A stretch of DNA of 64,000 bases from Anaerotignum sp. (GTDB lineage Bacteria; Bacillota; Clostridia; Lachnospirales; Anaerotignaceae), in NCBI GenBank assembly GCA_020024255.1, contig JAHHTX010000001.1:2200-66199 (forward strand), in the 5' to 3' direction. The notes under the pieces were generated by a model. The model was not told the DNA's origin and ran no database searches. It worked only from the letters and a program-made list of their open reading frames with translations. Both the position numbers and the translations under genes were made by a program. This document shows positions 40,193-51,525 of the stretch, piece by piece (the first letter of the stretch is position 1; every line of letters begins with the position of its first letter).

Positions 40193-41143
40193 ATGGCGGA
40201 GGAAATTCGGATTTCCAAAGAGTTTATTGAAAAAGAACTGCCTGTTGCACCGCCTATGTATGTATCCGTCTTTTTGATGACACAGGCATTGGGCATGGCG
40301 GCAACGGAATCCAAGGTTGCGGAAAAATTGGATATTTTGGAAAGTGATGTGCGAAAGGCATGGAAGTATTGGGAAGAAAGAAAAGTTCTTCTTGTACATC
40401 AAAAGACAGAGGAAACCCAGAAAAAACCCCTTCCTTCAGTACGTCCTTCCTATGAGGCAGCAGAAATGGCAGTTTATATGAGCCGAAAAGATGTAAAGGA
40501 ATTGTTTTCCTATGCAGAGCAGAAATTGGGAAGAAGTCTTTCTCATCATGATACAGAGGTGCTTTTTGGACTTTACGATTGGTTGGGCTTACCCATTGAT
40601 GTCATCGAAATGCTCATTGCCTATTGTATTTCATTAGAAAAACGGGGAATGTCCTATATTGAAAAGGTGGGCATTGCCTGGGCAGAGGAAGGCATTGATA
40701 CCATAGATAAAGCTACAGCGTTTATCCAAATGCGGCGGACAGGCTTCCGCCAAATTATGCTGACATTTGGACAAGGTACACGTTTGCCTTCTAAAGGCGA
40801 AGAAGAATTTATGAAAAAGTGGATACAAGAATATCGTCTGCCTATGGAGATTATTCTGGCAGGCTGTGAACGGACGGTGCTGCGGATTGGGAGAGTCAGC
40901 TTTCCCTATGCAGATAGTATTTTGAAGGGTTGGAAAGATGCCGGTGTCAAAACGATGGAGGACATTGAAAGATTGGATGCGGCATATACCGCAAAGCAGA
41001 AAACGGAGCAAAATACAGGCAAAAAGCAATCTTATCAGAAACAAATACAGCCAAGAAAGAATCGTTTTATCAATTATACCCAAAGAGAATGGGATTATGA
41101 AGAACTGGAAAGAATGCAGCGGCAGGAACGGGACGAGTGGTAA
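40193..41143 (+). CDS. DnaD domain protein
   Basis: Two DnaB_2-type repeats (YIEKVGIAW, YADSILKGW). Confidence 0.85.
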   Translation: MAEEIRISKEFIEKELPVAPPMYVSVFLMTQALGMAATESKVAEKLDILESDVRKAWKYWEERKVLLVHQKTEETQKKPLPSVRPSYEAAEMAVYMSRKDVKELFSYAEQKLGRSLSHHDTEVLFGLYDWLGLPIDVIEMLIAYCISLEKRGMSYIEKVGIAWAEEGIDTIDKATAFIQMRRTGFRQIMLTFGQGTRLPSKGEEEFMKKWIQEYRLPMEIILAGCERTVLRIGRVSFPYADSILKGWKDAGVKTMEDIERLDAAYTAKQKTEQNTGKKQSYQKQIQPRKNRFINYTQREWDYEELERMQRQERDEW

Positions 41144-41167
41144 GCCTAGAAACAGGAGGAATGGGGA

Positions 41168-42157
41168 TTGACAGCGAAGGCAGAGATTTATAAAGAAATT
41201 GAACGGGAGTATGAAACAATCCGCAGCAGAAAAGCAGCAGAACTGCGTTACAGAAAGGAAATTGCCGAACAGAAAGTGCCAAAGCTGGCAGACATCACAA
41301 GAGAACTGGCTTTGGTGGGGGTACAGGCAACAAAGATTGTGCTGCAAAAGCCTGATGATGCCACAGAAATTACAGAAGCACTGAAGCAAAAACAAAAGAC
41401 ACTTTTGGAAGAACGACAGTCCCTTTTGCAACAGGCAGGCATACAGCCTGATTTTTTAGAACCGGAGTATGAATGTGCCGCCTGTCAGGATACGGGATAT
41501 GTGGGTAATGAACGTTGTTTATGTTTTAGACGGAAGTTGATGGATAAAATGTACGACCAATCCAATATACGGGATATTGTGAAACAAGAGAATTTCGACA
41601 GCTTTGATTTGCGTTTATACAGCGACAAGGTAAATCCCAAAGAAGGTATTTCTCCCAGAGAAAACGCACAGAAGATTTTGCGACGTGCTTTGACCTTTAC
41701 GCAAAATTTTGATACAGGAGGGGAAAGTCTGCTTTTGTATGGCTCCACAGGACTGGGCAAAACCTTTTTATGCAGTTGTATTGCAAAGGAGCTTTTGGAT
41801 AAGGGAAAGATGGTGCTTTACCTTTCCTCGGGACAGTTGTTTCGCAAACTGGAAGAGTTACGTTTTTCCAAAGAGAATGAAAGAGAAAAAGAAGACTGGG
41901 ACAAGGAACTTTTGGAAACAGATTTACTCATCATAGACGATTTGGGTACGGAGTTTTCCACGCTCTTCACGACAACGGAGTTGTTCCGTATCATAAATGA
42001 CAGAAAACTTCTGGGAAAACCTGTTGTGATTTCTACAAATCTTTTGCCGGAGGAAATGACCAATCTGTATTCCGACCGTATCACCTCTCGTCTAAGGGAA
42101 TATAGCAGCATTAAATTTTTTGGGGAAGATATTCGTCTTTTAAAAAAAAGAAAATAG
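41168..42157 (+). CDS. DnaC/DnaI-like helicase-loader ATPase
   Basis: CxxCxDTG..CxC zinc site, GSTGLGKT, LIIDDLG, ISTN, RITSR. Confidence 0.88.
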   Translation: MTAKAEIYKEIEREYETIRSRKAAELRYRKEIAEQKVPKLADITRELALVGVQATKIVLQKPDDATEITEALKQKQKTLLEERQSLLQQAGIQPDFLEPEYECAACQDTGYVGNERCLCFRRKLMDKMYDQSNIRDIVKQENFDSFDLRLYSDKVNPKEGISPRENAQKILRRALTFTQNFDTGGESLLLYGSTGLGKTFLCSCIAKELLDKGKMVLYLSSGQLFRKLEELRFSKENEREKEDWDKELLETDLLIIDDLGTEFSTLFTTTELFRIINDRKLLGKPVVISTNLLPEEMTNLYSDRITSRLREYSSIKFFGEDIRLLKKRK

Positions 42158-42349
42158 GAAAATAGAAAAGTAAATAAAGAGAACACTGCACTTTGGCAGA
42201 AAATACCGTCTTATCCTGTCTTTTACGGACTTTTACAGAAATTTTATAGAGGCGGTATTTTTTTGTCCGAAAAAAGATGACATTTCCTTTCTGTTTTGAC
42301 AAAAAAAGCAGGCATTTTTTCCTACAATAGGAATATGGAGGGAAGAAGC

Positions 42350-44743
42350 ATGGAGAAAACAGAAATCTTAATGGAAACAAAAGAGAAACAGAGTCATTTT
42401 TCAAAAAGTATGCCAAAGCAAAAGAAATCTATTCCTTTCTGGCAGGCAGGAGGAAGGCAGATGGTGGAACTGGCATTGTTTTGGTGTGGCGGTTTCTTAT
42501 GGAGCAGAGGAGAAATTCTCTCCCTGTTGCACCCTATGGGCATGATCTATCTGTCAGCCTTTTTTGGTACAGGAAATATTTTCTGGGGGATACTTTCGGG
42601 AACTGCACTGGGGATGATTGGAAATGGAGATATTTGGAAAAGTATCGGAATGCTTTTGGCAGCGGTGCTTCTGGAGTTGACATTGGGACGGAATGTATCC
42701 AAAGAAGAAACGGGAAAAAAAGCGGTTTTTGGTGCATTTGCAGTGCTTTTGGGTGGACTGTTTTATGCTGTAGGGCAGGGAGGACTGCGTTTTTATTTTG
42801 TTATTGCAGCAGTAGAAAGTGCTTTGACTCTGGGCATTTCCCTGATTCTGCAAAAAGGTATGGCAGCATGGGCAGACAGGCGCAATACACCAGTATTCAG
42901 TAGAGAAGAAACCCTTGCGGTATTTCTTCTTTTCGGCGGAAGTTTGGCAGGGGCGGCTAATATCGGGATTCCTTTTTTGCAGGGACGAATATTTCCTTTT
43001 TTGGCTGCATTTTGTCTTTTGTATGCGGCATGGAAAGATGGCATCGGCGGCGGTGCGGCGGCAGGTGTGCTTGTGGGTTTTCTTTTGTATGTCTGCGGTA
43101 GTGGTGACCTGCCTCTTTTGACTGTGTTTGCAGTGGGTGGCCTTTTGGCAGGATGTCTGCGGGAACTGGGACGTTTTGCAGCGGCGGTGGCTTTTTGGCT
43201 GACGGGTGCACTGTTTTTGTTTTATGTTGAACAGTCTTTCTTGGAGTTGCGGTGGCTGTTTTGGATGGGAGCAGGCTGCTTGTTTTTTGCTCTGCTACCT
43301 ATGAAGTTGTTGGAAAGAGCAGGGGGACTTTGGGAACAGCAGGGGACGAAAGACCGCTATGCTGCCATGCAGGAAGCGGCAGAGGAACGCCTTCTTGGCT
43401 TTTCCCACGCATTTCAGGCAATGGCAAAGACCTTTCGGAAAACGGAACAAAAAGGGAAAAAAGAAATTTCCTCTTTGGTGGATATTATTGCAAAACGTGT
43501 ATGCCAAAACTGCGGTATGGCACAGTATTGCTGGCAGGAGGAAGTATATCGTACATACAGCATGACATTTTCGGCACTTTCCTGTTGTGATACAGGAAAA
43601 AAGATTGAGGTGGAGCAAATGCCGGACTGGTTTTTGGAATTATGCCCAAGAAGTGCATCTTATGTCAGTGCCATCGGGGAAGTCTACAGCGAATACCGTC
43701 ACGACTTACTCTGGACAGAGCGGCTCAGAGAATGCAGAGAACTGGTGGGACAGCAACTGGCGGCAGTGGGGGATATTCTAGCAGGGCTTGCAGGCAGCGT
43801 TGAGCCAGAAGGTACACTGCTTTCCGGTAAAGCTGAGGAACTGGAGTTTGCTTGCAAAAAGGCAAATATCTCCCTTTGCCGTGTGACGGTAACAGCAGAT
43901 AAAAATAATAAGGGGAAAAAGGTGGTACTTTATACCAAGGATTGCCGTGAAAAAGGCATTTGCCGTGACAAAATACTGCCCATTGTAAGAAAAGTTATGG
44001 ATTGTTCCATGCAGCAGACAGAAGGGAATGTATGTCATATTACGGAGGACGGTCTGTGTCGTCTGACTTTTATGGAAGAACCCCTTTATCATATGACAAC
44101 AGCATCTGCCTGTTCTGCTGCGGCAATGAATCAGCCTTGTGGAGATTCTACTTCTTTTATGGAAAGCGAAAGGGGAATGGCATGGCTGGCAGTGTCTGAC
44201 GGTATGGGCATGGGAGAGAAAGCATCGGAAGAAAGTCGCACTGCCATAGAACTTTTGGAGGAGTTTGCGGAAGCAGGATTTCCAAAGGAAACAGCAGTGC
44301 AGCTCATTAACTCTGTACTCTTGCTTCGTCATGCAGAAGAAAATTATGCCACACTGGACTTATGCAGTGCAGACCTTTACAGTGGTGATGCGGAATTTGT
44401 CAAGCTGGGGGCGGCTGCATCTTATATTTGTCGAGGAAAACGACTCATTTCCCTATATACCCATTCTCTGCCAGCAGGGATATTAGAGCAGATTCCTGTA
44501 GAAAAAAATCACATGTTGTTGAAAGATGGGGATTTGATACTCCTATTGACAGACGGTATTACTGATGCCTTTGGAGGAGAACAGGAAACGGCAGCGTGGC
44601 TGCAGGATCATTTTCTGCCACATGGCTTTGCCAATCCCCAAGATGCCGCAGATTTTATCTTGCAGGCGGCAAAAGAAATGCCAAAGACAGCGGTAGATGA
44701 TATGACTGTTTTGGCAGCAAGGTTTTGGAAAAAAGTGATATAG
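42350..44743 (+). CDS. spoIIE: Stage II sporulation protein E (PP2C phosphatase)
   Basis: About ten TM helices, VCQNC..CW..CPR, CGD, SDGMG, TLD, TDG, DDMT; upstream of tilS. Confidence 0.9.
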   Translation: MEKTEILMETKEKQSHFSKSMPKQKKSIPFWQAGGRQMVELALFWCGGFLWSRGEILSLLHPMGMIYLSAFFGTGNIFWGILSGTALGMIGNGDIWKSIGMLLAAVLLELTLGRNVSKEETGKKAVFGAFAVLLGGLFYAVGQGGLRFYFVIAAVESALTLGISLILQKGMAAWADRRNTPVFSREETLAVFLLFGGSLAGAANIGIPFLQGRIFPFLAAFCLLYAAWKDGIGGGAAAGVLVGFLLYVCGSGDLPLLTVFAVGGLLAGCLRELGRFAAAVAFWLTGALFLFYVEQSFLELRWLFWMGAGCLFFALLPMKLLERAGGLWEQQGTKDRYAAMQEAAEERLLGFSHAFQAMAKTFRKTEQKGKKEISSLVDIIAKRVCQNCGMAQYCWQEEVYRTYSMTFSALSCCDTGKKIEVEQMPDWFLELCPRSASYVSAIGEVYSEYRHDLLWTERLRECRELVGQQLAAVGDILAGLAGSVEPEGTLLSGKAEELEFACKKANISLCRVTVTADKNNKGKKVVLYTKDCREKGICRDKILPIVRKVMDCSMQQTEGNVCHITEDGLCRLTFMEEPLYHMTTASACSAAAMNQPCGDSTSFMESERGMAWLAVSDGMGMGEKASEESRTAIELLEEFAEAGFPKETAVQLINSVLLLRHAEENYATLDLCSADLYSGDAEFVKLGAAASYICRGKRLISLYTHSLPAGILEQIPVEKNHMLLKDGDLILLLTDGITDAFGGEQETAAWLQDHFLPHGFANPQDAADFILQAAKEMPKTAVDDMTVLAARFWKKVI

Positions 44744-44774
44744 TATATGGAAAGATTATGCAAATAAAAAAGCT

Positions 44775-44932
44775 GTGGGAAGTTTTGGTTTACACAGCTT
44801 GAGGGTGTCGACAAGGTCTCATTTCATTCAAGGCTTTGACGGGCAGACAGAAGAATAAAGCAGAAGTTTCAATGGCGAGAGAGCCTTGAAACTTCTGCTT
44901 TTCCTCGTGGAAAGTTTTGGTTTACACAGCTT
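44775..44932. mobile_element. Second, shorter MITE copy (~44801-44906, inverted) with flanking direct repeats
   Basis: Reverse complement matches ~32122-32246; AAGTTTTGGTTTACACAGCTT at 44780-44800 and 44912-44932. Confidence 0.78.
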
Positions 44933-44977
44933 TTGCTATTCAGTTGTGCAGGAAATTACAATAGATGTAAGGTGCTT

Positions 44978-45640
44978 TTATGCTTTAAGTTGCAGGGTTG
45001 CACAGATATGTTTTGCAATCTCCGTTACAGTAGGCGTACAATTATCTTTAAAATCTGTAGCCCAAATCACAATGGAATGGTCAAGTCCCATAGGGAAGTA
45101 AACGGTTTGCTGTACAATGGTGCCGTTTCCTGCATCTCGTGGAAAACTGAGGGAATATACCCATATATCATTTATCTGTTCTACAGCGTAGACGCCGTTT
45201 TGTGCTTCTTTTTGGGGCAGTCCATCAGGACTGAGAAGAAATTCGTGAAATTCTTTTTGTACCTGCGGGTCGGCATAATCAATCCCATTGCTGTTGTTTA
45301 GATGCAGCACTTGTATATTGACATTGGAAGGTGTTTCTGTTTTTGCTTCTTTTTCCGTAAAGAAAGACAGCCGCATTTGGTTGTTGGAATAGGATTCGTT
45401 TTTTACCCAGTTTGCCGGAATTTCGTAGCGGAGATAATCATCTTCATAAACTTGCGTTTCCCAATCTGGCTGTGGTGCTTGTTTTGGTTCACTCTTTTTG
45501 GTATCTTCTTTTGGTTTTTCAGCTTTGTTTTCTGTATTTGCAGAAGGGGCTGAAGTTGATTGCTGGTCTTTTGCGGCACAGCCTGTAAGCATGGCAAAAA
45601 TGAGTACAAAAGCAGCCGAAATTTTTAATGCTTGTTTCAT
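44978..45640 (-). CDS. Hypothetical lipoprotein
   Basis: AGGAGG RBS; lipobox LTGC, low-complexity linker, globular domain. Confidence 0.8.
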   Translation of the reverse strand: MKQALKISAAFVLIFAMLTGCAAKDQQSTSAPSANTENKAEKPKEDTKKSEPKQAPQPDWETQVYEDDYLRYEIPANWVKNESYSNNQMRLSFFTEKEAKTETPSNVNIQVLHLNNSNGIDYADPQVQKEFHEFLLSPDGLPQKEAQNGVYAVEQINDIWVYSLSFPRDAGNGTIVQQTVYFPMGLDHSIVIWATDFKDNCTPTVTEIAKHICATLQLKA

Positions 45641-45872
45641 AAAATTCCTCCTTTTTCTACAAAATCGCCTATTTTTTACCAAAAGTATAGCATATAAAAA
45701 TGATGGTTGCAATCAGAAAACAGGGGCAAACAAAGGTTTTGGATAGTTTATCTGACAATAGGAAATGTTAATACAGTATTCAGACAAAGCTTTCAGGTTT
45801 TGGGTACCATTGACTGTCTTTTCTTTTTCGTGTAAAGTGAAAAGAAAGAAGAAAAGAGAAAGGACGAAGAAA

Positions 45873-47252
45873 ATGCTGCAAAAAGTGCGTAAAACCATGG
45901 AAGAATTTCAGATGTGCCAAAGAGGAGATACACTAACCATAGGGGTATCAGGCGGTGCGGATTCTGTGGCACTTTTGCATATTCTTTGGCGGCTTTCCAA
46001 AGAAGAAGAATGGCAGTTACAGGTACTTCATGTACATCATGGCTTGCGTGGAGCGGAAGCGGACAGAGATGCGGCATTTGTAGAAAAGCTATGTCTTGAT
46101 TTCGGGATTTCCTGCGAAACGATATATCTGAATGTGCGAAAAGAAGCAGAGAAACAGCGAAAGGGTATTGAGGAAACCGCCCGCATTTTGCGTTATGAAG
46201 CTTTGGAGAGAAGAGCGGCAGGTGGGAAAATTGCTGTGGCACATCATTTAAACGACCAGGCGGAAACATTTCTTATGCGGCTATGCCGTGGTACGGGTAT
46301 GCAGGGGCTTTCTGCCATGCGACCTGTTAGGGGTAATCTCATTCGTCCTCTTTTATTTTGTACCAGACAGGAAATTGAGGAATATTGCAAGAAAGAAGGA
46401 CTTGTCTGGCAGGAGGACAGTACCAATTTTGAAGAAATTTATACAAGAAATAAAATTCGTCACCAAGTTTTGCCTCTTTTGGAAACCGTTCACGAAGGCA
46501 GTACACTGCATTTGGCACAAACAGCAGCTCTCTTGGCAGAGGAAAACGATTTTTTCATGGAAGAAGGGAAAAAATATTTGGAAAGGGTGCTTCTTTCGAA
46601 AAATCCCATGACATTGGACAGAAATGCAATTTTGGCACTCCATCCCGCTATGCAGAAACGTGTACTCCGCATGGCTTTGGAAAGCGTTTATGGCAGTTTG
46701 AGGAATATTTCTGCTGCACATATTGCAGACCTGCTCTCTCTCCTCAAAAAAGAAACAGGAAAAAAAATCAATTTACCAAAGGGAGTACAGGCGGAAAACG
46801 CATATAAAACACTGATATTGGCAAAACAAAAAAAAGAAAAACAGCCATCTGGTTTTTCCTATGTCCTGCCACAAAACGGACAGACGGTTATTCCCGAGGC
46901 AGGGGTTTTGGTGGAAACTTCGCTTTCTACAGAAAAAAATGTCGTTTTTTCCGCAGATGACTATACGAATGTATTTGATTATGATAAAATAAAACAAGTA
47001 TTATGCTGCCGTAGTCGGAAACAGGGTGATCGTATTTACCTAAAAGAAGGCAGCAAAAAACTTAAAGATTATTTTATTGACAGAAAGATACCAAGACAAG
47101 AGCGGGACTTGGCACTGCTTGTTGCCACAGGCAGTCAGGTCATTTGGATTTTGGGGCGGTATGTTTCTCCTTTTTATCTGGCGAATGATGAAACAAAGCA
47201 ATTTTTATCGGTACAAGTACGGAGGTTATACAAAGATGAAGGAAAGAATTGA
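45873..47252 (+). CDS. tilS: tRNA(Ile)-lysidine synthase
   Basis: SGGADS, HHGLRG, ARILRY, AHHLNDQAET, RNKIR. Confidence 0.96.
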   Translation: MLQKVRKTMEEFQMCQRGDTLTIGVSGGADSVALLHILWRLSKEEEWQLQVLHVHHGLRGAEADRDAAFVEKLCLDFGISCETIYLNVRKEAEKQRKGIEETARILRYEALERRAAGGKIAVAHHLNDQAETFLMRLCRGTGMQGLSAMRPVRGNLIRPLLFCTRQEIEEYCKKEGLVWQEDSTNFEEIYTRNKIRHQVLPLLETVHEGSTLHLAQTAALLAEENDFFMEEGKKYLERVLLSKNPMTLDRNAILALHPAMQKRVLRMALESVYGSLRNISAAHIADLLSLLKKETGKKINLPKGVQAENAYKTLILAKQKKEKQPSGFSYVLPQNGQTVIPEAGVLVETSLSTEKNVVFSADDYTNVFDYDKIKQVLCCRSRKQGDRIYLKEGSKKLKDYFIDRKIPRQERDLALLVATGSQVIWILGRYVSPFYLANDETKQFLSVQVRRLYKDEGKN

Positions 47253-47766
47253 AACCATGATTTCTGCTGAGGCAATTGGGAAGCGTCTGGACGAAATGGC
47301 AAAAGAAATTGGGGCAGAATTTGAAGGTGAGTCTGTAGAACTGGTTTGTGTTTTAAAAGGCAGCGTAGTGACATTGGTTGAGATTGCGAAAAGACTGCCT
47401 ATGCCTGTTACCATGAACTTTATGGATGTATCCAGTTATGGAGATGGTACGGAAAGCAGCGGCAAAATCAAAATCAATATGGATTTGGATGTGGATATTG
47501 CAGGCAAAAACGTGCTTTTGGTGGAAGATATTATTGACAGTGGCAGAACATTGAGCCACCTGAGAAAGCTGCTTTTGGAAAGAAAACCCAAAAAATTCAA
47601 AATAATGACTCTTTTGGACAAACCTGATCGCAGAGTGGCAGAAGTACCTGTAGACTATGTCGGTTTTACCATTCCTGATGCTTTTGTGGTGGGATATGGT
47701 CTTGATTATGCACAAAAATACAGAAATCTGAACTTTGTGGGTATCCTTCATTTTGATGAAGAATAA
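47236..47766 (+). CDS. hpt: Hypoxanthine phosphoribosyltransferase
   Basis: VLKG, SSYG, VEDIIDSGRT, FVVGYGLDY. Confidence 0.96.
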   Translation: MKERIETMISAEAIGKRLDEMAKEIGAEFEGESVELVCVLKGSVVTLVEIAKRLPMPVTMNFMDVSSYGDGTESSGKIKINMDLDVDIAGKNVLLVEDIIDSGRTLSHLRKLLLERKPKKFKIMTLLDKPDRRVAEVPVDYVGFTIPDAFVVGYGLDYAQKYRNLNFVGILHFDEE

Positions 47767-48004
47767 GATATACGATAGAATAAGCACCATATGCAGAAAG
47801 TTGAACTGGCAGAGGTGCTTTTTCAGTTGAGATTGTTACTGCCTTTGAAAAAGTGAAAAAAACGGCAATTTATGTTTGCTTTTCCTTGAAAAGTGACGTT
47901 GCGTTTTTTTTAAAAGTGTGGTACAATCATAAACTGATATGTTGTATTTCTCAACATATGGTAACCGTTATGTTTAAATTTTGCAGAATATAGGGGGGAA
48001 TCTC

Positions 48005-49978
48005 TTGAAAAAATATTGGCGGTCAATTGGATTATACGGGCTGATATTTGTCATCATTATGGCGGTTTTGGTTTTCACCGGAGAAGGCGTAAAACCATCT
48101 GTCAAAGAAGTAAAAGCATATACCTACAGTGATTTGATGTCTGATTTGGAACAGGACAAAATCAAGAAACTGGAAATTACAAAGAGCTCTGAAGTATCTG
48201 ATTTCGGTAGAGCAGAGGCTGTGCTGGATGATGGAAAGAAAGTAACCGTTAATTTACCTAGTTTATCCACGTTTATGGAAGAGGCAAACCAACTGCCCAA
48301 AAAAGGCAGTGATATGCAGGTGGTTTCCAAAGAATTGGAAAAGCAGAGTATCTTTTCTGCTATATTGCCTTCCTTGATTATGGTAGTGATTATGGTCATT
48401 ATCTTTATGGTGCTGTTCGGCAGAATGCAGGGCGGTGGCGGCGGAAAGATGGCATCTTTCGGCAAGAGCAAGGCGAAAATGAACGTAGATGACAAAAACA
48501 AGGTTACATTTGAAAATGTAGCAGGTTGTGACGAAGAAAAAGCGGAATTACAAGAATTGGTACAGTTTTTGAAAGATCCCAAAAAGTTTACGGATTTGGG
48601 TGCAAGAATCCCCAAAGGTGTCCTTTTGGTAGGCCCTCCGGGAACAGGTAAAACCCTTTTGGCAAAAGCTGTGGCAGGGGAAGCACAAGTGCCCTTTTTC
48701 AGTATTTCCGGTTCTGACTTTGTAGAAATGTTTGTGGGTGTGGGTGCATCTCGTGTCCGTGACCTTTTTGAACAGGCAAAGAAAAATTCGCCCAGTATTG
48801 TATTCATTGATGAAATTGACGCTGTTGGCAGACGCAGAGGTGCAGGTGTTGGTGGCGGCCACGATGAAAGAGAACAGACATTGAACCAGCTTTTGGTGGA
48901 AATGGACGGTTTTGGTATTAACGAAAGTGTGATTATTATTGCAGCAACCAACCGTGCGGATATTCTTGACCCTGCTCTTTTAAGACCCGGTCGTTTTGAT
49001 AGGCAGGTTTATGTGGGCAGACCTGACGTAAAGGGCAGAGAAGCGATTTTGCGTGTGCATTCCAAAGGTAAGCCTTTGAGTGATGAGGTTGATTTGAAAG
49101 TCGTGGCACAGACAACATCAGGCTTTACAGGGGCAGACCTTGCCAACTTGCTTAACGAAGCAGCTCTGCTTTCTGCAAGAGATGGCAAGAAGCAGATTGA
49201 TATGGCGGAAATCCAAAAAGCACTGATCAAAATTGGTGTGGGTACAGAAAAGAAAACCCGTGTCATTTCTGACAAAGAAAAATATATTACCGCATATCAC
49301 GAAAGTGGTCATGCAATCCTTTTTGAAAAACTCAGTGAACTTGATCCAGTACACAGTATTTCCATCATTCCTACAGGAATGGCAGGTGGTTATACTATGC
49401 CTCTGCCTGGCGAGGATAAGATGTACATGACGAAGAAGTATATGGAACAAGACATTGTTAGTCTTTTGGGTGGACGTGCAGCAGAGGCACTGGTCATCAA
49501 AGATATTACAACAGGTGCATCTAATGATATTGAGCGTGCCACATCTATAGCAAGAAACATGGTCACAAAGTATGGGATGAGTGATATTTTGGGCCCTATC
49601 CAGTTCGGTGAAGACAATGACGAAGTCTTTATTGGCAGAGATTGGGGACATACCAGAAACTACAGTGAAGCTGTGGCAACAACCATTGATGATGAAGTAA
49701 AACGCATTGTCACAGGTGCTTATGAAGATGCAAAACGGATTCTGGAAGAAAATATGCAGGTACTCCACGCATCTGCAAAACTTCTGGTGGAAAAAGAAAA
49801 GGTAACAGGCGAGGAATTTAGAAGGCTCTTTGATGAATCTGTTCGTGAACAGATTTTAAACGTAGTCCCTGAAGAAAAGCAAGACGAAGCAGAAAAATCA
49901 GAGCAGGAAACGTCTGAAGCAGAAGATGCAGAGGAAATAAAAGTTGATATCAAAAAAGACACAGAAGGAGAAGTTTAA
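48005..49978 (+). CDS. ftsH: ATP-dependent zinc metalloprotease FtsH
   Basis: Two TM helices, [27 protein letters not shown] start after G-rich RBS. Confidence 0.98.
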   Translation: MKKYWRSIGLYGLIFVIIMAVLVFTGEGVKPSVKEVKAYTYSDLMSDLEQDKIKKLEITKSSEVSDFGRAEAVLDDGKKVTVNLPSLSTFMEEANQLPKKGSDMQVVSKELEKQSIFSAILPSLIMVVIMVIIFMVLFGRMQGGGGGKMASFGKSKAKMNVDDKNKVTFENVAGCDEEKAELQELVQFLKDPKKFTDLGARIPKGVLLVGPPGTGKTLLAKAVAGEAQVPFFSISGSDFVEMFVGVGASRVRDLFEQAKKNSPSIVFIDEIDAVGRRRGAGVGGGHDEREQTLNQLLVEMDGFGINESVIIIAATNRADILDPALLRPGRFDRQVYVGRPDVKGREAILRVHSKGKPLSDEVDLKVVAQTTSGFTGADLANLLNEAALLSARDGKKQIDMAEIQKALIKIGVGTEKKTRVISDKEKYITAYHESGHAILFEKLSELDPVHSISIIPTGMAGGYTMPLPGEDKMYMTKKYMEQDIVSLLGGRAAEALVIKDITTGASNDIERATSIARNMVTKYGMSDILGPIQFGEDNDEVFIGRDWGHTRNYSEAVATTIDDEVKRIVTGAYEDAKRILEENMQVLHASAKLLVEKEKVTGEEFRRLFDESVREQILNVVPEEKQDEAEKSEQETSEAEDAEEIKVDIKKDTEGEV

Positions 49979-49979
49979 T

Positions 49980-50381
49980 ATGGATTTTAATAACATTGTG
50001 CCTGGTATGAGTTACGAAAGAGAATATATCGTAGAAGAAAGTGATACGGCAGAACAGTTCGGTGATGTCCATGTTCCTGTATGTGCTACTCCCGCACTGT
50101 TGGCATGGATTGAAAACACAGCAATCGGTACAGTTGCACCTTTCCTGCCGGAAGGCTGGGAAACGGTCGGTACAGATTTTGACTTTAAGCACATGGCTGC
50201 AACACCAGTTGGTATGAAGGTGCGTGTGGTAACAGAACTGAAAGAGGTAAACGGAAAGCTGCTGACTTTCCATGTAAAGGCTTATGATGAAATAGATAAA
50301 ATCTGTGAAGGCACCCATGGACGTGCAATTATAGAATTGAAAAAATTTATGAGCCGTGTCAAAGAAAAAGCAAAGCAATAA
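49980..50381 (+). CDS. Hot-dog fold thioesterase (FlK-like)
   Basis: ATPAL..E, TVG, HMAATPVG, GTHGR. Confidence 0.87.
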   Translation: MDFNNIVPGMSYEREYIVEESDTAEQFGDVHVPVCATPALLAWIENTAIGTVAPFLPEGWETVGTDFDFKHMAATPVGMKVRVVTELKEVNGKLLTFHVKAYDEIDKICEGTHGRAIIELKKFMSRVKEKAKQ

Positions 50382-50544
50382 AAAGGATTGAAAAACGAGG
50401 AAACCGTAAAAATCCTTGCATGAAAAGCGAGAGTTTCTGTCATTTCGGAAAAGGTACAAGGGTGTTATCCCCATGCCTTTTTTGACAAAAGGCAAGAAAA
50501 ACTCGCTTTTTCTTTATGGGGGTAAGAAAATAGGAGGGGTAAGG

Positions 50545-51525
50545 ATGAAGCAGATATTAGATATTTTAAAAAAGTCATCGGATTATGTTTCCGGAGAAAA
50601 ATTGGGAGAACAGCTTTCCGTATCTCGTGCTGCTGTTTGGAAAGAAATTCAAAAGCTGCGAAAGGAAGGCTATGAAATTGAGGCGGTATCCAACAAAGGG
50701 TATCGGCTTTTGGGTGGAGATATGGTGTATAACAAGCGTGCATTGGAAGAGGGTATGGAAACAAAACGAATGGGACGCTCAGTGCATTTTTATAAAGAAG
50801 TCAGCACAACCAACGACTGTATTCGTACTTTGGCACTGGAAGGCTGCGAGGAAGGTACTCTTGCTGTGGCAGAAAAACAGACGGCAGGCAGAGGCAGACG
50901 GGGAAAAGCATGGAAATCACCTATGGGTACAGGTATTTGGATGAGTCTTTTGCTGCGGCCACACATTCAGCCTGCGGAAGCACCTATGCTGACACTTCTT
51001 GGAGGTCTTGCTGTGGCAGATGCCATTGAAGAAGAAACGGGACTTAAAGCAGGGATTAAATGGCCCAATGATATTTTAATCAATGGGAAAAAAGCAGTAG
51101 GCATTTTAACGGAGATGGATTGTGAAATCAGTCAGGTGAATTTTGTGATTTTGGGAATCGGTATCAATGTGAATACAAAGACATTTCCTGAGGAACTGGA
51201 CGGCATTGCAACTTCCCTGCTTCTGGAAAGCGGCAAGACATTTTCCAGAAGGTATTTGGTACAAGCCATAATGAAGAAATTGGAAAACTATTATGATATC
51301 TTTTTGCAGGCAGGCAGTTTTGCACCCCTTATTGGGGAATACCGCAAGCGGTGCATAACAATGGGCAAAGAAGTCTGTGTGACAGGCAAGGAAAGTTTCA
51401 CAGCAATGGCAATGGACGTGACACCGGAAGGGGAACTTGTGGTCAAACGATTGGACAATGGAAAAGAAGAAGTTGTGTTTTCGGGAGAAGTGAGTATTCG
51501 AGGAGTGATGGAAAATGGCAAATAA
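50545..51525 (+). CDS. birA: Bifunctional biotin ligase/repressor
   Basis: HTH VSGE..SRAAVWK, QTAGRGRRG, KWPND, GIGIN. Confidence 0.95.
   Translation: MKQILDILKKSSDYVSGEKLGEQLSVSRAAVWKEIQKLRKEGYEIEAVSNKGYRLLGGDMVYNKRALEEGMETKRMGRSVHFYKEVSTTNDCIRTLALEGCEEGTLAVAEKQTAGRGRRGKAWKSPMGTGIWMSLLLRPHIQPAEAPMLTLLGGLAVADAIEEETGLKAGIKWPNDILINGKKAVGILTEMDCEISQVNFVILGIGINVNTKTFPEELDGIATSLLLESGKTFSRRYLVQAIMKKLENYYDIFLQAGSFAPLIGEYRKRCITMGKEVCVTGKESFTAMAMDVTPEGELVVKRLDNGKEEVVFSGEVSIRGVMENGK

Noticed and set aside
40193..42157. DnaD + DnaC pair as a prophage replication module
   Set aside because: No integrase or phage genes; this pair is a normal chromosomal feature of Clostridia
42200..42265. TTTTAC(G/A)GA repeats within a long-loop inverted repeat upstream of spoIIE
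   Set aside because: Probably the terminator of the dnaC-like gene; no exact Spo0A box (TGNCGAA) found by eye
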